DNA of 64,000 nucleotides from positions 247,876,460-247,940,459 of the forward strand of contig NC_058134.1 in the NCBI RefSeq assembly GCF_016433145.1. The letters run 5' to 3'. The DNA comes from Gracilinanus agilis (taxonomy: Eukaryota). Under the pieces are notes generated by a model. It saw nothing but the letters and a program-made list of their open reading frames with translations. It made no database searches and was not told the origin of the DNA. This document shows positions 26,716 to 37,439 of this stretch, in pieces (the first letter of the stretch is position 1; the number at the start of each line of letters is the position of its first letter). A program made the position numbers and the translations under genes.

Positions 26716-27096
26716 AAATATATGGATTTTTTTCATCTTAAAGAGAATTATCTCACACATACATCCATACAAATCTGACATGTTTAGATGTGTACTCATT
26801 CAACTTTGGAATGGAATTTTTTGGATTTGAAGTATATGGCAAGATACCAGTCACACGTCTAAATTTACTTGAATGTATGAAAGATTGTGATTTCATCAGC
26901 GTAGAAAACTCTTTCCACCAAGACAAACTGCAACCTTGTATGACTTAGTAGAAAAGCCATAGAGAGCTGGTTGGGGCAGAGTTTAAGTGACTTGTTCAGG
27001 ATTGGGATTCTTAACTTTGAAGTCCTTTAAAATTTTAACAAGCAACAATTTCTTTCTAATGTGGCTTTCCTGTCAATTATCTCTCTTGTTCTAAAT

Positions 27097-27299
27097 CAGT
27101 GATTCCCAAAGTGGGTGCCACTGCCCCCTGGTGGGTGCTGCAGCAATCCAGGAAGCAGTGATGGCCACAGGTGCATTTGGGGGTGGTGAATAACCTTAAG
27201 GGGGCAGTGATGGCATGTGAATGGTATGTGACAGGGGGCACTAAGTAATATTTTTTTCTGGAAAGGGGGCAGTAGGCCAAAAAAGTTTGAGAACGACTG
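27097..27299. mobile_element. hAT MITE (203 bp) with perfect 8-bp TSD
   Basis: TIRs CAGTGATTCCCAAAGT / AGTTTGAGAACGACTG; TSD TTCTAAAT at 27089-27096 and 27300-27307. Confidence 0.95.
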
Positions 27300-27569
27300 T
27301 TCTAAATCATACCTTTCCATTTGCATTTCCATAAGCTGGCGTCCTTGTCTTATGTTGCTCCCATTTTCTCTCTGGCAAATGCCATTTATAAAGTATTTAC
27401 TCTTAGACTAAAGTTCTTAATTAAAATTCCATCATTCTTTCCCCAATAGGGACTCTGTATGAAATAACTACTTAATTTGGTCATCTTTGATAGTACAGTC
27501 ATTTAGAAAGGTTTTCACCAAATCAGTCATCTCAATATAGAGACAATCATTAGGAGCTTGTAGAAATTT

Positions 27570-27820
27570 TGTTGTTCAATTATTTCAGTCGTGTCTGACT
27601 CTTCATGATCTCATTTGGAGTTTTCTTGGCAAAGATACTGGAGTGGTTTGCCATTTCCTTCTCCAACTGATTTTACAGATGAGGAACTGAGGCAAACTGT
27701 GTAAAGTGACTTGCTCAGGGTCACATAGCTAAAAAGTGTCTGAGGCCAGATTTGAACTCAGGAAGATGAATCCTCTTGACTTCAGGTCTGCCCCTCTATC
27801 TATTGTGCCACCTAGCTGCC
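27570..27820 (-). mobile_element. MAR1-type SINE
   Basis: RTE-like tail ttggcaaagatactggagtggtttgccatttccttctcc, CORE, and head tgtgccacctagctgcc. Confidence 0.92.
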
Positions 27821-28139
27821 TCAAGTGTACATTTACATAATGCTTTAAGGTTTACAAAGCACTTTAAATATTTTATCTCATTTGATCCTCATGAAAACCT
27901 AAGTAAAAATCAGAGTAGTAAGAGTGTTATTATTCCTATTTTTCAGAAGAATAAATAAAGGACAAGGGGAAGTTAAGCAATATGGCAAAAGGCATTCAGT
28001 TTCTAAGGCCTCAGGATTATATTCAAACTAAGGTCTTTTACCTCCAATATCTTTCATAAGATGTCATGCTCCTTTATTACAATATAAATCTTCAGTTACA
28101 ATCACTCCATTATTTTGAAAGGCTGTCATGAGCCTGAAT

Positions 28140-28385
28140 GATTGGATTTGTTCTGGTGATCCAAGAGGGAAGAACCGAGTGGAAGTTGCAGTGATGAAGA
28201 CTTTTTGCATCAGTATAAGGAAAACTTCACAATTAGAGCTCCTTTAAAGTGGAACAGGCTGCCTTGGTAGGGAGAGTGTACCTTCATTAAGTATCTTCAA
28301 AGAGAGGCTGAATGATTGCTTGAGAATTTTAGAGAATCCCCATATAGATGTTCAGGTCTCTTCTAACCCTAAATTATGTGATTTG
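28140..28385 (+). mobile_element. L3/CR1 3' end
   Basis: aaggaaaacttcacaattagagct...tggaacaggctgccttgg...tcttcaaagagaggctgaatga. Confidence 0.7.
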
Positions 28386-28414
28386 ACAAATGTATTCCAC
28401 CTTTGGTTGTGACT

Positions 28415-28658
28415 TTTTGTCACAGAGTCATTTCAATAGTGTCTGACTCTTGTAATCTCATTTGGGGTTTTCTTGGCTGTCTTTGCCATTGCCTTCTCCA
28501 GCTCATTTTATAGATAAGGGAACAAGGACAAAGAGTGTCTTGTCACAGGACAAAAAAGTGACTTGTCACAGGTCACACAGCTAGTGTCTGAGGTCAGATT
28601 TGAACTCAGGTCTTCCTGACTCTAGACCCACCATTCTGTCATTGTGCCACCTAGCTGC
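28415..28658 (-). mobile_element. MAR1-type SINE with 15-bp TSD
   Basis: TSD cctttggttgt(g/a)act at 28400-28414 and 28659-28673; MAR1 body. Confidence 0.92.
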
Positions 28659-28980
28659 CCTTTGGTTGTAACTAAAAGGCAACAAAACATTCAGTCGAAT
28701 CTATAAATGTATAAAGAAAATTGGCTACTATATATCTTTTACTTTAACAGAGACAATAGCAATTATAACACTGTATTTATGAACTACAACCCAACACATA
28801 ATAGAAATGGGGCAAAAATAATAGAATTTGTTATGAAAAGTGAAAATTGTTGAGATACTTAACACAGATGTTTGAAAATTTTCCTTTTTCCCTTTTTTTT
28901 AACTGAAAAAGCAAACATCAGTCCTAACTCTCTTGCTCTGCAAAGAATAAAAATGATGGGAATCTTTCCTAGGTGACTAT

Positions 28981-29970
28981 TGTAAGGATTGGATTTGTGA
29001 AAGGGGGATGGGACAAAAGGAGCCAGAGAAGGAGTGGCTGACAGTTGGTGACAGTTGAGACCAGAGGAGATTCTGGGAGTTTCTCAGAGGAAGAAGGAGA
29101 GGAAAGGTCTTTGGGGCGAAGGACTGTGAGGAGGGAGGAGGAGGACATCTCAGCTTGAATCCAGTCCTGAGGGCTTCCTGAGGATCTTTCTTTGAATGTT
29201 GAAACCCTGATTCCATGGTCAAAGGTATCCTGTCACTTATCACCCAGAAAGACTTCATTCATCGAGTCAGCTAAGTGTATGGACTCCATTTTGGGAGCAA
29301 TTTCTTAGTCCCTTCCCCCATTACCCAACCTTGCTGAGAGACCCTTTCCAGTCTAACTTACAATTATAGAAAGGATAGAAATAGAAATAGAAACAGAAGG
29401 AGAAGAGGCAAGGGAAGAAGCTTGGGAGTGGGAACCCCAAAGGTTCCCACCTGAGTGATGGACTCCATAGAAATAGAGAAGAGGGCACCCAAAAATCCTT
29501 CTGCCCTTCACCCCTTTCCCTAATCCCTGAATTGTGAAGAATTAAAACCATTCATTAGTGAGATAATGTTCCGGAGTACCTGAGAGAAAACAAGGGAAGA
29601 GGGAACTGCAGCTTGGTCTGGCTGCCTCCATCTTGAAGGTAGACCCACCACTGTGAAGTGGACTGATCTCGGGGGTGGGGGGAGGCTTGTGTGAACCCCA
29701 TCCTCATTCAGAATCAGATTGGGGTACCGCATACCTCATCTTATAGGGAAGCCTCACTCCCAACTCCTGTGGGGCAGCATGACCATCCAGGTCACCCAGT
29801 TTCAGGGTGACACCCCCTTAAAGCCTCCTAGTGCATATTAGGTGCAAGGGAAGAGCTAGAAGAGAGTCTCATCTTATAGACTCTCTCTCCATCTCTATCA
29901 TAACATTGGTCAACTGGCTCTCATTATTATTAGTTTTGGCAGAGGCTCTATTATTATTATACTATCAACA
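28981..29970. mobile_element. probable ERV solo LTR (~1 kb)
   Basis: Abrupt GC-richer block starting TGTAAGG and ending ...TCAACA in AT-rich flanks; no TSD found. Confidence 0.55.
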
Positions 29971-31856
29971 TTTTGTGAGATTTTAGCAAATGGTTAATTG
30001 CTATTTATAAATTTATATCAGAAATTCTATTAATTAGATAATTCTTTATCTTTTATTACATTCTTTAATTGTAACAGTTAACTTTGGTATTATAATAAAT
30101 GTACAGTATTTAACCACCTCTCTTCCCTGAATTATCTCTAAAAAGTTATTCATTTTTAATTGCATCAAACATTGTCACTGACATCACTTTCTAATTTAAG
30201 AAGGAATTTAGGTAATTAAAACCTATTCCACTTAATGAATAAAATAAAAATGGGTGTTTTCTCCTACTTTTTTTTTCCATTTGAAAATCTGTCTCCTGCT
30301 TCATAACTGAATTCTTTTTAAGGGGGAATTCCCATATGCTCAAATTCTAGAACTCAAAATTATCTTTCAGTGGTAGATGAAGACATCCTTTTGGTCCTCT
30401 CAGCAAACTTTAAACATAGCCCTCACTAATGACAGCTGAAGTCTCATATCCTGTACAAACTTATTTGTGAACACTCTAGTTAACAATGATCTATACCCCC
30501 TTTAAATTTCTACATTAACGACATTCTGCACTGTGCAACTTTGCATTTGATTATTTCTGATTTATATTCTTAGATTTTTTTCAATAGCATTTTGCAAAAT
30601 TTCTAATGCAGAAGAGGTGCTGTCATCCTAGGGTGGACTCTGTTGGGAAAGGAATTCTGGGGCCTTTCATATTAGAAAGTGGAATTGGGAGCTATGGTAC
30701 TTTTCAGGAGCCAGTAGATATAGACTAAAGTCCATAAAAGCCTATCCATTAGGCACTGAGTGTTTTTAAACAGAAAGTAACAATAAATCAGAAGAACTTA
30801 GGATAAATGAAAGTCCAATCAGAAGTAGGCCAACAAGGGACAATATATGGAGGACAGGATCAAAGACAAGGCATCACTGTATGTTTCAGTGACAGTATTG
30901 GTCACCAAACTTTCAGGGCACTGAGTATAGATCATTTTCAGTGGCCATCAGGTAGTTACTAACTTGGCTTGGAGAGGCCAGTTGGAAGCAATGCAGACAA
31001 AAGGTATATGGTTTATTTTTAAAAGGTTGTTTTGTGACTTAAGTATGAAATAATGGCCAATTTGAGCCAGCCTTACTGAATCAGTGACTAACAATTAGAA
31101 TTAATTTGCATAAAACAAAAATATCATTAAATTCATTGTGATGGAGTCCCTTTTAATCTATTTTAAACTATTGCTTAATTTAATAATTTAATATTTGATT
31201 TAATAATAATAATTTAACTAGTAATAATAATGACTTATATAATCTTTACTGATAAATTGAAACATATCATTTTAATCTCCCCAGCATGAATGACCATAAA
31301 TTATAAATTACCATTGTTTGACTTAATGAGGTTTCATTGCATCTGAAGATGGAAAGGTATAATTTCAAACCTGTATTGAACAACATCGCCATTTCAGTCA
31401 ATCTTGCTACCAAGGAGACATTTCATTATCTGATTTAAAACTTGACAACAAAGAATTTTACTCATTTGATTTAAAACAAAAAGTTCCTGAAGGAGGAAAA
31501 TATGAGAGGGGAGAATTGTTATACTCACTGTATTTGGGAGAATTGTCCACTACTTGGAAGACAAGACCTATAAAACTGAATGGAATGAAATGGATTAATG
31601 GAAAGTTAATGTTATTTCATATTTTCATGAGTGATGGAAAAAAGAGGAATAAGATGAAAAGAAACAATGGAATGTTTTGTTTTATGATTATGACATACAA
31701 TTCTGTTTAATAAGCATACTAGGGGGGGAAAAAGAGAAACAGTCCCTACTATTATGGAGCTAAAATCCTACTGTAGAAAATATAATATTGTGCTAGGTTG
31801 GGAGAGATACAAAATTTAGGTAAGATAAAGTCCCTGCCTTCATGGAGCTTACAATC

Positions 31857-31862
<6 letters not shown>

Positions 31863-31910
<48 letters not shown>
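31863..31910. repeat. (AG)24 microsatellite
   Basis: direct reading. Confidence 0.98.
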
Positions 31911-31914
<4 letters not shown>

Positions 31915-32692
31915 GCTACAATGACAAATATGAAATGGAAGGTCATTATCAACTGGATTAAAGGAGTAAAAGGAAGCTTCTTAAAGAGTATGGCATTTAA
32001 GAGCGGCTTTGAAAAATAGGCAGATCAATAAGTGACTAGTCTGAACAAAGAGCATCATGTATATTCAGGGGAAAGCAAGTTATTCAATTTTGATTGAATA
32101 TGGACTAGAGCAATATTGATAATATTAGAGAGAAAGGGGGTTGCTGGATCATGTAGGTCCTAGAATGTTAGGAAGGGGAATCTGAATTTTCCCCAAGAGA
32201 CACATGGAGTTACTAAAGAATGACATGATCACATCTATTTTTTTAAAAATTATTCTGGCAGTAATATTCAGGGGGAATTAGAAGTGGAGGAGAGTGGAGA
32301 GAGGAAAACATGTTAAGAGTGTATTGAAATAATACAGGCGCATTTTAGTGAGGTTCTGCACTGGGGTGGTAGAAAAGGAGGAGTAGATAGATGTGAGCAA
32401 TGTCTCAGAGATGGAATAAACAAGGTCTGGCAACTAGCTTGAATATGAGAAATGTTAGAGAGGAAGGCATCAAAGTTAACTTCAAAGTTGCTAAAGAGGG
32501 GCTACTGAGTCATAAAGAGTAGTATATTTAGGGAGGAAAATCATGTGCTCATTTTTGGATGTATAGATCTTGAGGTGTTAGAAGGGACATCCCTGTAGTA
32601 ATGTAACACAGGCAGCTTTAGAACATGAGCTCATAAATTTAGAGCAGGAAGACTGCGGAGATATTCTGATCCTCTCATTTTACATCTGAGAA

Positions 32693-32884
32693 CAACGGTC
32701 GGCAACCTTTTTGGCCGTGAGAGCCATAAACGCCTGAGGAAGGAGGAGGATGGAGGCAGAAGGCGCTGGAATATGGGGCGGGGGCTGAAGGGCCCCCTGG
32801 GGCACATCCTGGGGCTCTGCCCAGATGGGCCTGTCAGGAGGTGGAGCCAGATATGGCTCAAGAGCCATACATTGCCTACCCCTG
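32693..32884 (-). mobile_element. hAT MITE, OposCharlie1/OC1-like (192 bp), inserted in a MIR
   Basis: Ends CAACGGTCGGCAAC / ATTGCCTACCCCTG; perfect TSD TCTGAGAA (32685-32692, 32885-32892). Termini match the remembered OC1 ends. Confidence 0.9.
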
Positions 32885-35800
32885 TCTGAGAATAATGAGG
32901 CCCACAGAGATTATGACAGTTAGCAAGTGGCAGAGCTAGGATTTGAATGTAAGTCCTCTGACTTCAAATCTAGCATTCTTTTCACACTACTATGCTGCAT
33001 GTTGTGCAGATGGAACTCAGAAGAAAGGTCAGGATTGGGGAAACCAAGTTAAGAGAAGACTGTAAACGGGTAGTTGTTGAAGTCTTGGGAACAAATGAAA
33101 TTGTCAAAAGAAAGATTTTATAAAGACAAGAGAAGTGGGCCAAGAATTGAACCATGGGGAACATCCACTTTAAGGGATGATAAAAAGAATAGTGGGGAAC
33201 CAGTGAAGGACATAGAGAAGGAATGACTAGAACGGTAGTGGGAGACTGCAGAAGTATGGCGTCTTTGAAGCCAAGGGAAGAAAGGTTACATAACAGAAAG
33301 GCCCGAGTTCTAATTCTCACTGATATTTACCAGCTGTGTGACCATGGGCAAATTCCTTAGCTTCTATTAGCCTCAGTTTCCTCTTCTTTAAAATGGGAAT
33401 GATGATAGCATCTACCCCACAGGGTTGTGGTGAAGATCAAATTAGACAATATTTATAAAGCGCTTTGCAAACCACACGTACATATTAGTTATTATTATTA
33501 TTGTTATTATGAGGAAGAGGAGAGAAGGATATTGTGAATAGTTTTAAAAGCTGTAGAAAAAATAAAAATGTGGATTGATAGAAAGTCAGTGGATTTGGTG
33601 ATTAGGAGGTCACTGGTGCTAGAGTTTCAGCAGTTGATGGGGAGAGGAAGGGCTGAAGGATGAGTATAAGGATAAGGGAGTTACTAGTGGATTAGCAGGG
33701 ACACTAGGGATAGATATAAATATATTTTTGTAAGAATTTTAAGAGTTGGGGGGGAAGAATCATTTTATGGCATCTGTCAGAAAAGTCAAATGAAGGATTT
33801 CCTTTTCTTATCTTAGATTGAGGAGATTTTCATTTGTAAGATGATAGGAAAGGAATTACTCTTGAGGGAGAGTGGAGATACAGGAGAGTGATGAAATGTT
33901 TTTGAAGTACCATCTAAGAGGAGGCTTCATGAGACAGAGACAAAGAGAGGGATTAGCTTTAATGAGTCACAGGGATAGGTTTTTCTGTGACCAGAGGAAA
34001 GGAGACAAAAGGCAATGAATGCTTGGGGAGTGAAGGAAGAGAGCTTGAAGAGTCATCTAGACCAACTCCCTTATTTATAGATGAGCACCTGAGGTCCTGA
34101 AATATCAAGTGGCTTGCCAAAAGTAACAAAGATAGGAAGGAACCAAAGTAAGATTGACGTCCTCATCCAAATCCAGTTATCTTCCCACTGAGAAATATCA
34201 TTTCCTTCCAGTCTAGTGCTTTCTCTTCTACAACATACTATCTGACGTTCTGAAGGTGGTGCTTTGTATCCATTTAATGTTTCATCAAGTTTATTAGTCA
34301 TTTAAAAGTTTAAATATATTCCGATATTTGTCCCAGTTTTATTGAATGACCAGGATATCATTACAATTGTACTATTCATTTAAAAAGAATTAATAAAGAG
34401 TATCTGCATTATGCAAAGATATTCTGTAAAATATCCTTTCTTTCTCCTATTTTCCTTAAAATACTTATGAGTGAATTTTCAGAATTTATGGTAAGAGAAA
34501 ATGTTACAATATTAATCGTATTAAGTATCATATAAATTGGTGTTACTGCTATACAGTTGAATCATTTTTGAATTTATTTCCCCATCACCAAAATATGAAT
34601 TGATACTGCTGTTATATATAACTTCTGTCTGATTTCTGAAGATAGGATTCTGCAGCGCTCTGAAAGGTAGAAGGAAACAATCAGTTCATCACTAAAGGCA
34701 GAAAACATTTCCTGTGTAACTTAACTGTTTCATTTGTGGTGATAAGCCTTTCCCTTCCTTAAACACTGAATACTTTCAAATGAAGAAGAAAAAGCAAAAG
34801 GCCTTCCCTAGTCAGAGAGAAGATCTGGTTCTTTGTCAAAGTCACTCAGGCTAGACTGTGACCTGAACTTTTGAACATTTGACCAGTAAAGTGCCAAAGT
34901 AAGAAAATAGCATATTTTTAAAAGTTAATACTTTGTTTTGGGATATGTATAGGGATGTTTAAGTTTAATATATCCCTCTGTTCAGTTCAAGGGAAAGAAA
35001 CTGAGGCACAGTCTTTGGTAAGAATTTATTTCATACTTTTAATGATAATTAATATTTCTATATAATTTAAATGTCTAGCTCATATGATACATAATTTGCA
35101 GAAAAGTTGGATGAGTTACTGCTTGCTGTTCTTTTATGAACATCCCTAGTTGGACGTGAAAGGTTGTGTTTAGCTCCTACTATTGAGTGTGACACAAAAA
35201 TCATGTCACATAAATACCAGTTCTAATTAAATTCTCCAGTTCGTTGTTGGTCACCAGATCATAACAAACTAATACAGGGAGATTTTCCCCTAGGGAAAGC
35301 TTCCCATGGTATGGAAGGAAGCTCCAAAAGAGATGCATATTATTTAAATTCCTGACTGATAGCATCAGGTGGTGCAATGGATAATGTGCTATACCTACAA
35401 AAGTGCTGAAAGAGGGGCATGATATGTTTGAAAACTTCTAATTTCATCACTAGATGGCACAATGGACAGAATATTGGACCTGAAATCAGGAAGACCTAAG
35501 TTTGAATACTCCCTCAGTTGTGTAAACCTGGACAAATCATTTAACTTGTCTCACTTTCCTCATTTGTAAAATGGAAGTAATTGCACTTATCTCAACTGTG
35601 AGGATCAAGTACTTTGCAAACCTTAAAGTGCTATATAAATGCTAGCTATCATCATAATCCTCATTATTATAACCTTTTTCTGAATGGCTATCACATATTA
35701 ACACTAAAAATCACATACTATCCTTATACCAAAAGTAATAAATTATTTTAATTATGTTAAATTCATGTTTATGATGTACAGATACCTAGGCTGATCTGTT

Positions 35801-37439
35801 ATCCTTAGTTTGAAACCAAAAGATTGTTATATTTTTAAACCTCTTTTCTCATGAAAACCTTATAAAGAAGATAGTATAATTAAAAATATTTTAAATATTT
35901 TAAAAACAAGATGAACACATTTTGATTTTATAATACTCTATTGTTTCCATATATATGTATTCACACACTTATATATATATATGGTATAGACATATATATT
36001 CACCTTCTTTACCCAGAGTTATCTCCTATCACAAATAATAAGAAAGAAAAAAGAAAGGAAGACAGGAAAGAAGGAAGGAAGAAAATATAGGAGAGAAAGG
36101 AAAAGAAAAGAAATATCAATAAAATGAATGAATGTATCCCACAGTCTGGCAGTATAGTCAGTATTCCACACCCATTAGTTTCCATCTTTGTAAAGAAGGA
36201 AGTTAAGTTTCTTTTTTCCCACTTATTCATATTTACAAATGAGGAAAATAAGACTGAGTGAGACAAAGGGATATGTCCCTTTAGTCACCTTAGTTTTTAA
36301 GTGTCAGAGTTGAGAATCCAAGACAGATATCCTTAATTCATATCCAGAAATCCTTCCATTAAACAAGATATTTCTTAGAGTTGGAGATAAGGTCTTTATT
36401 AGTTTATTTTTAAAAATACTCTATCAGTTAAGCTATAATATTCAATTGGTGGAGAAATGAGTTATGCCCTAGGAACTACAGTCTCTAATTTATTTTGAGT
36501 AATATGTGTATGGACTTGAAATGAAGAAACTGAAGCAGTTAAATTTTTGTGGAAATTACCACAAAAATGTTTATCTATGTCAAAAAATATATTATAATTT
36601 TTAAAATTACAATTCATTCCCCTTTAAGAAATAGATTGGTTTAAGAAGCTTAAGGAAAAGTTTGTATTCCTGGCTCTGTGCTAGGAAACCAGTGATTTTG
36701 TTGGGTTTCATCCTTCTTTCCTGCACAGCAGGAAATCTCAAGCTAGATCACTGATTTACAATCTTAATGAAAAAGACCTTGGAGGCCATGTAGCCTCACT
36801 CCTGGTAGAATCACTACTCTGGCCTTTTGTATGGAGATCTTCACTGAGAGGCATAAACATGCCTCTTAGTCCCTATTGAACTATGAATTTGTTGAAGGAA
36901 AACACTATTCCCCTCCCCTTTTTTTATCCCTTGCACTTAGCACAGTGCCTGGCACATAGTAGGAGCTTAATAAATGCCAGCTGATTAACTGATCAAGGGA
37001 AATAGTTCTGGGAAAAATTGCTAATCTATTATCCTTTTATATTTCGTGTTCTATGAACTATTGATAAGAGGATAAAAACTGCTGCCCTTTTCTTTTTAAA
37101 ACTGAATAAAAACATTGGGATCTAAGATCAACTTCTACATGGATGGCCAACAAAAGTGTCTTCAAGACAGCACCAGTAAATAGTAGGCCTGTTGATAAGA
37201 TGACATGTACCTCAACTCTGTTGAGAAATGGTTTTGATTTCTTCTATATTATTACAGCTTTGACTTCCACATAGCTTTGAGATGATGAGTATTTAGTAGG
37301 AGAACATTTATGTTAAATATTCTTAAATATTTATGGATCAATATTATGTCCAGGGTATTATGGGAAATGGGCTTTTCTGTAATAATGTTCTGATTTCAAC
37401 TGGTATGCTCATTGTTCCCCATTCCACTTCCAAGTTCTC

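Larger units (their letters stand above)
31760..34040 (-). mobile_element. L2 LINE (RT to 3' end), interrupted by MIRs and a MITE
   Basis: Minus ORF 32982-33320 contains SLGFKDAILL..., resembling L2 RT LGFRDTTLSWF; reverse L2 tail near 31810-31860. Confidence 0.8.
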
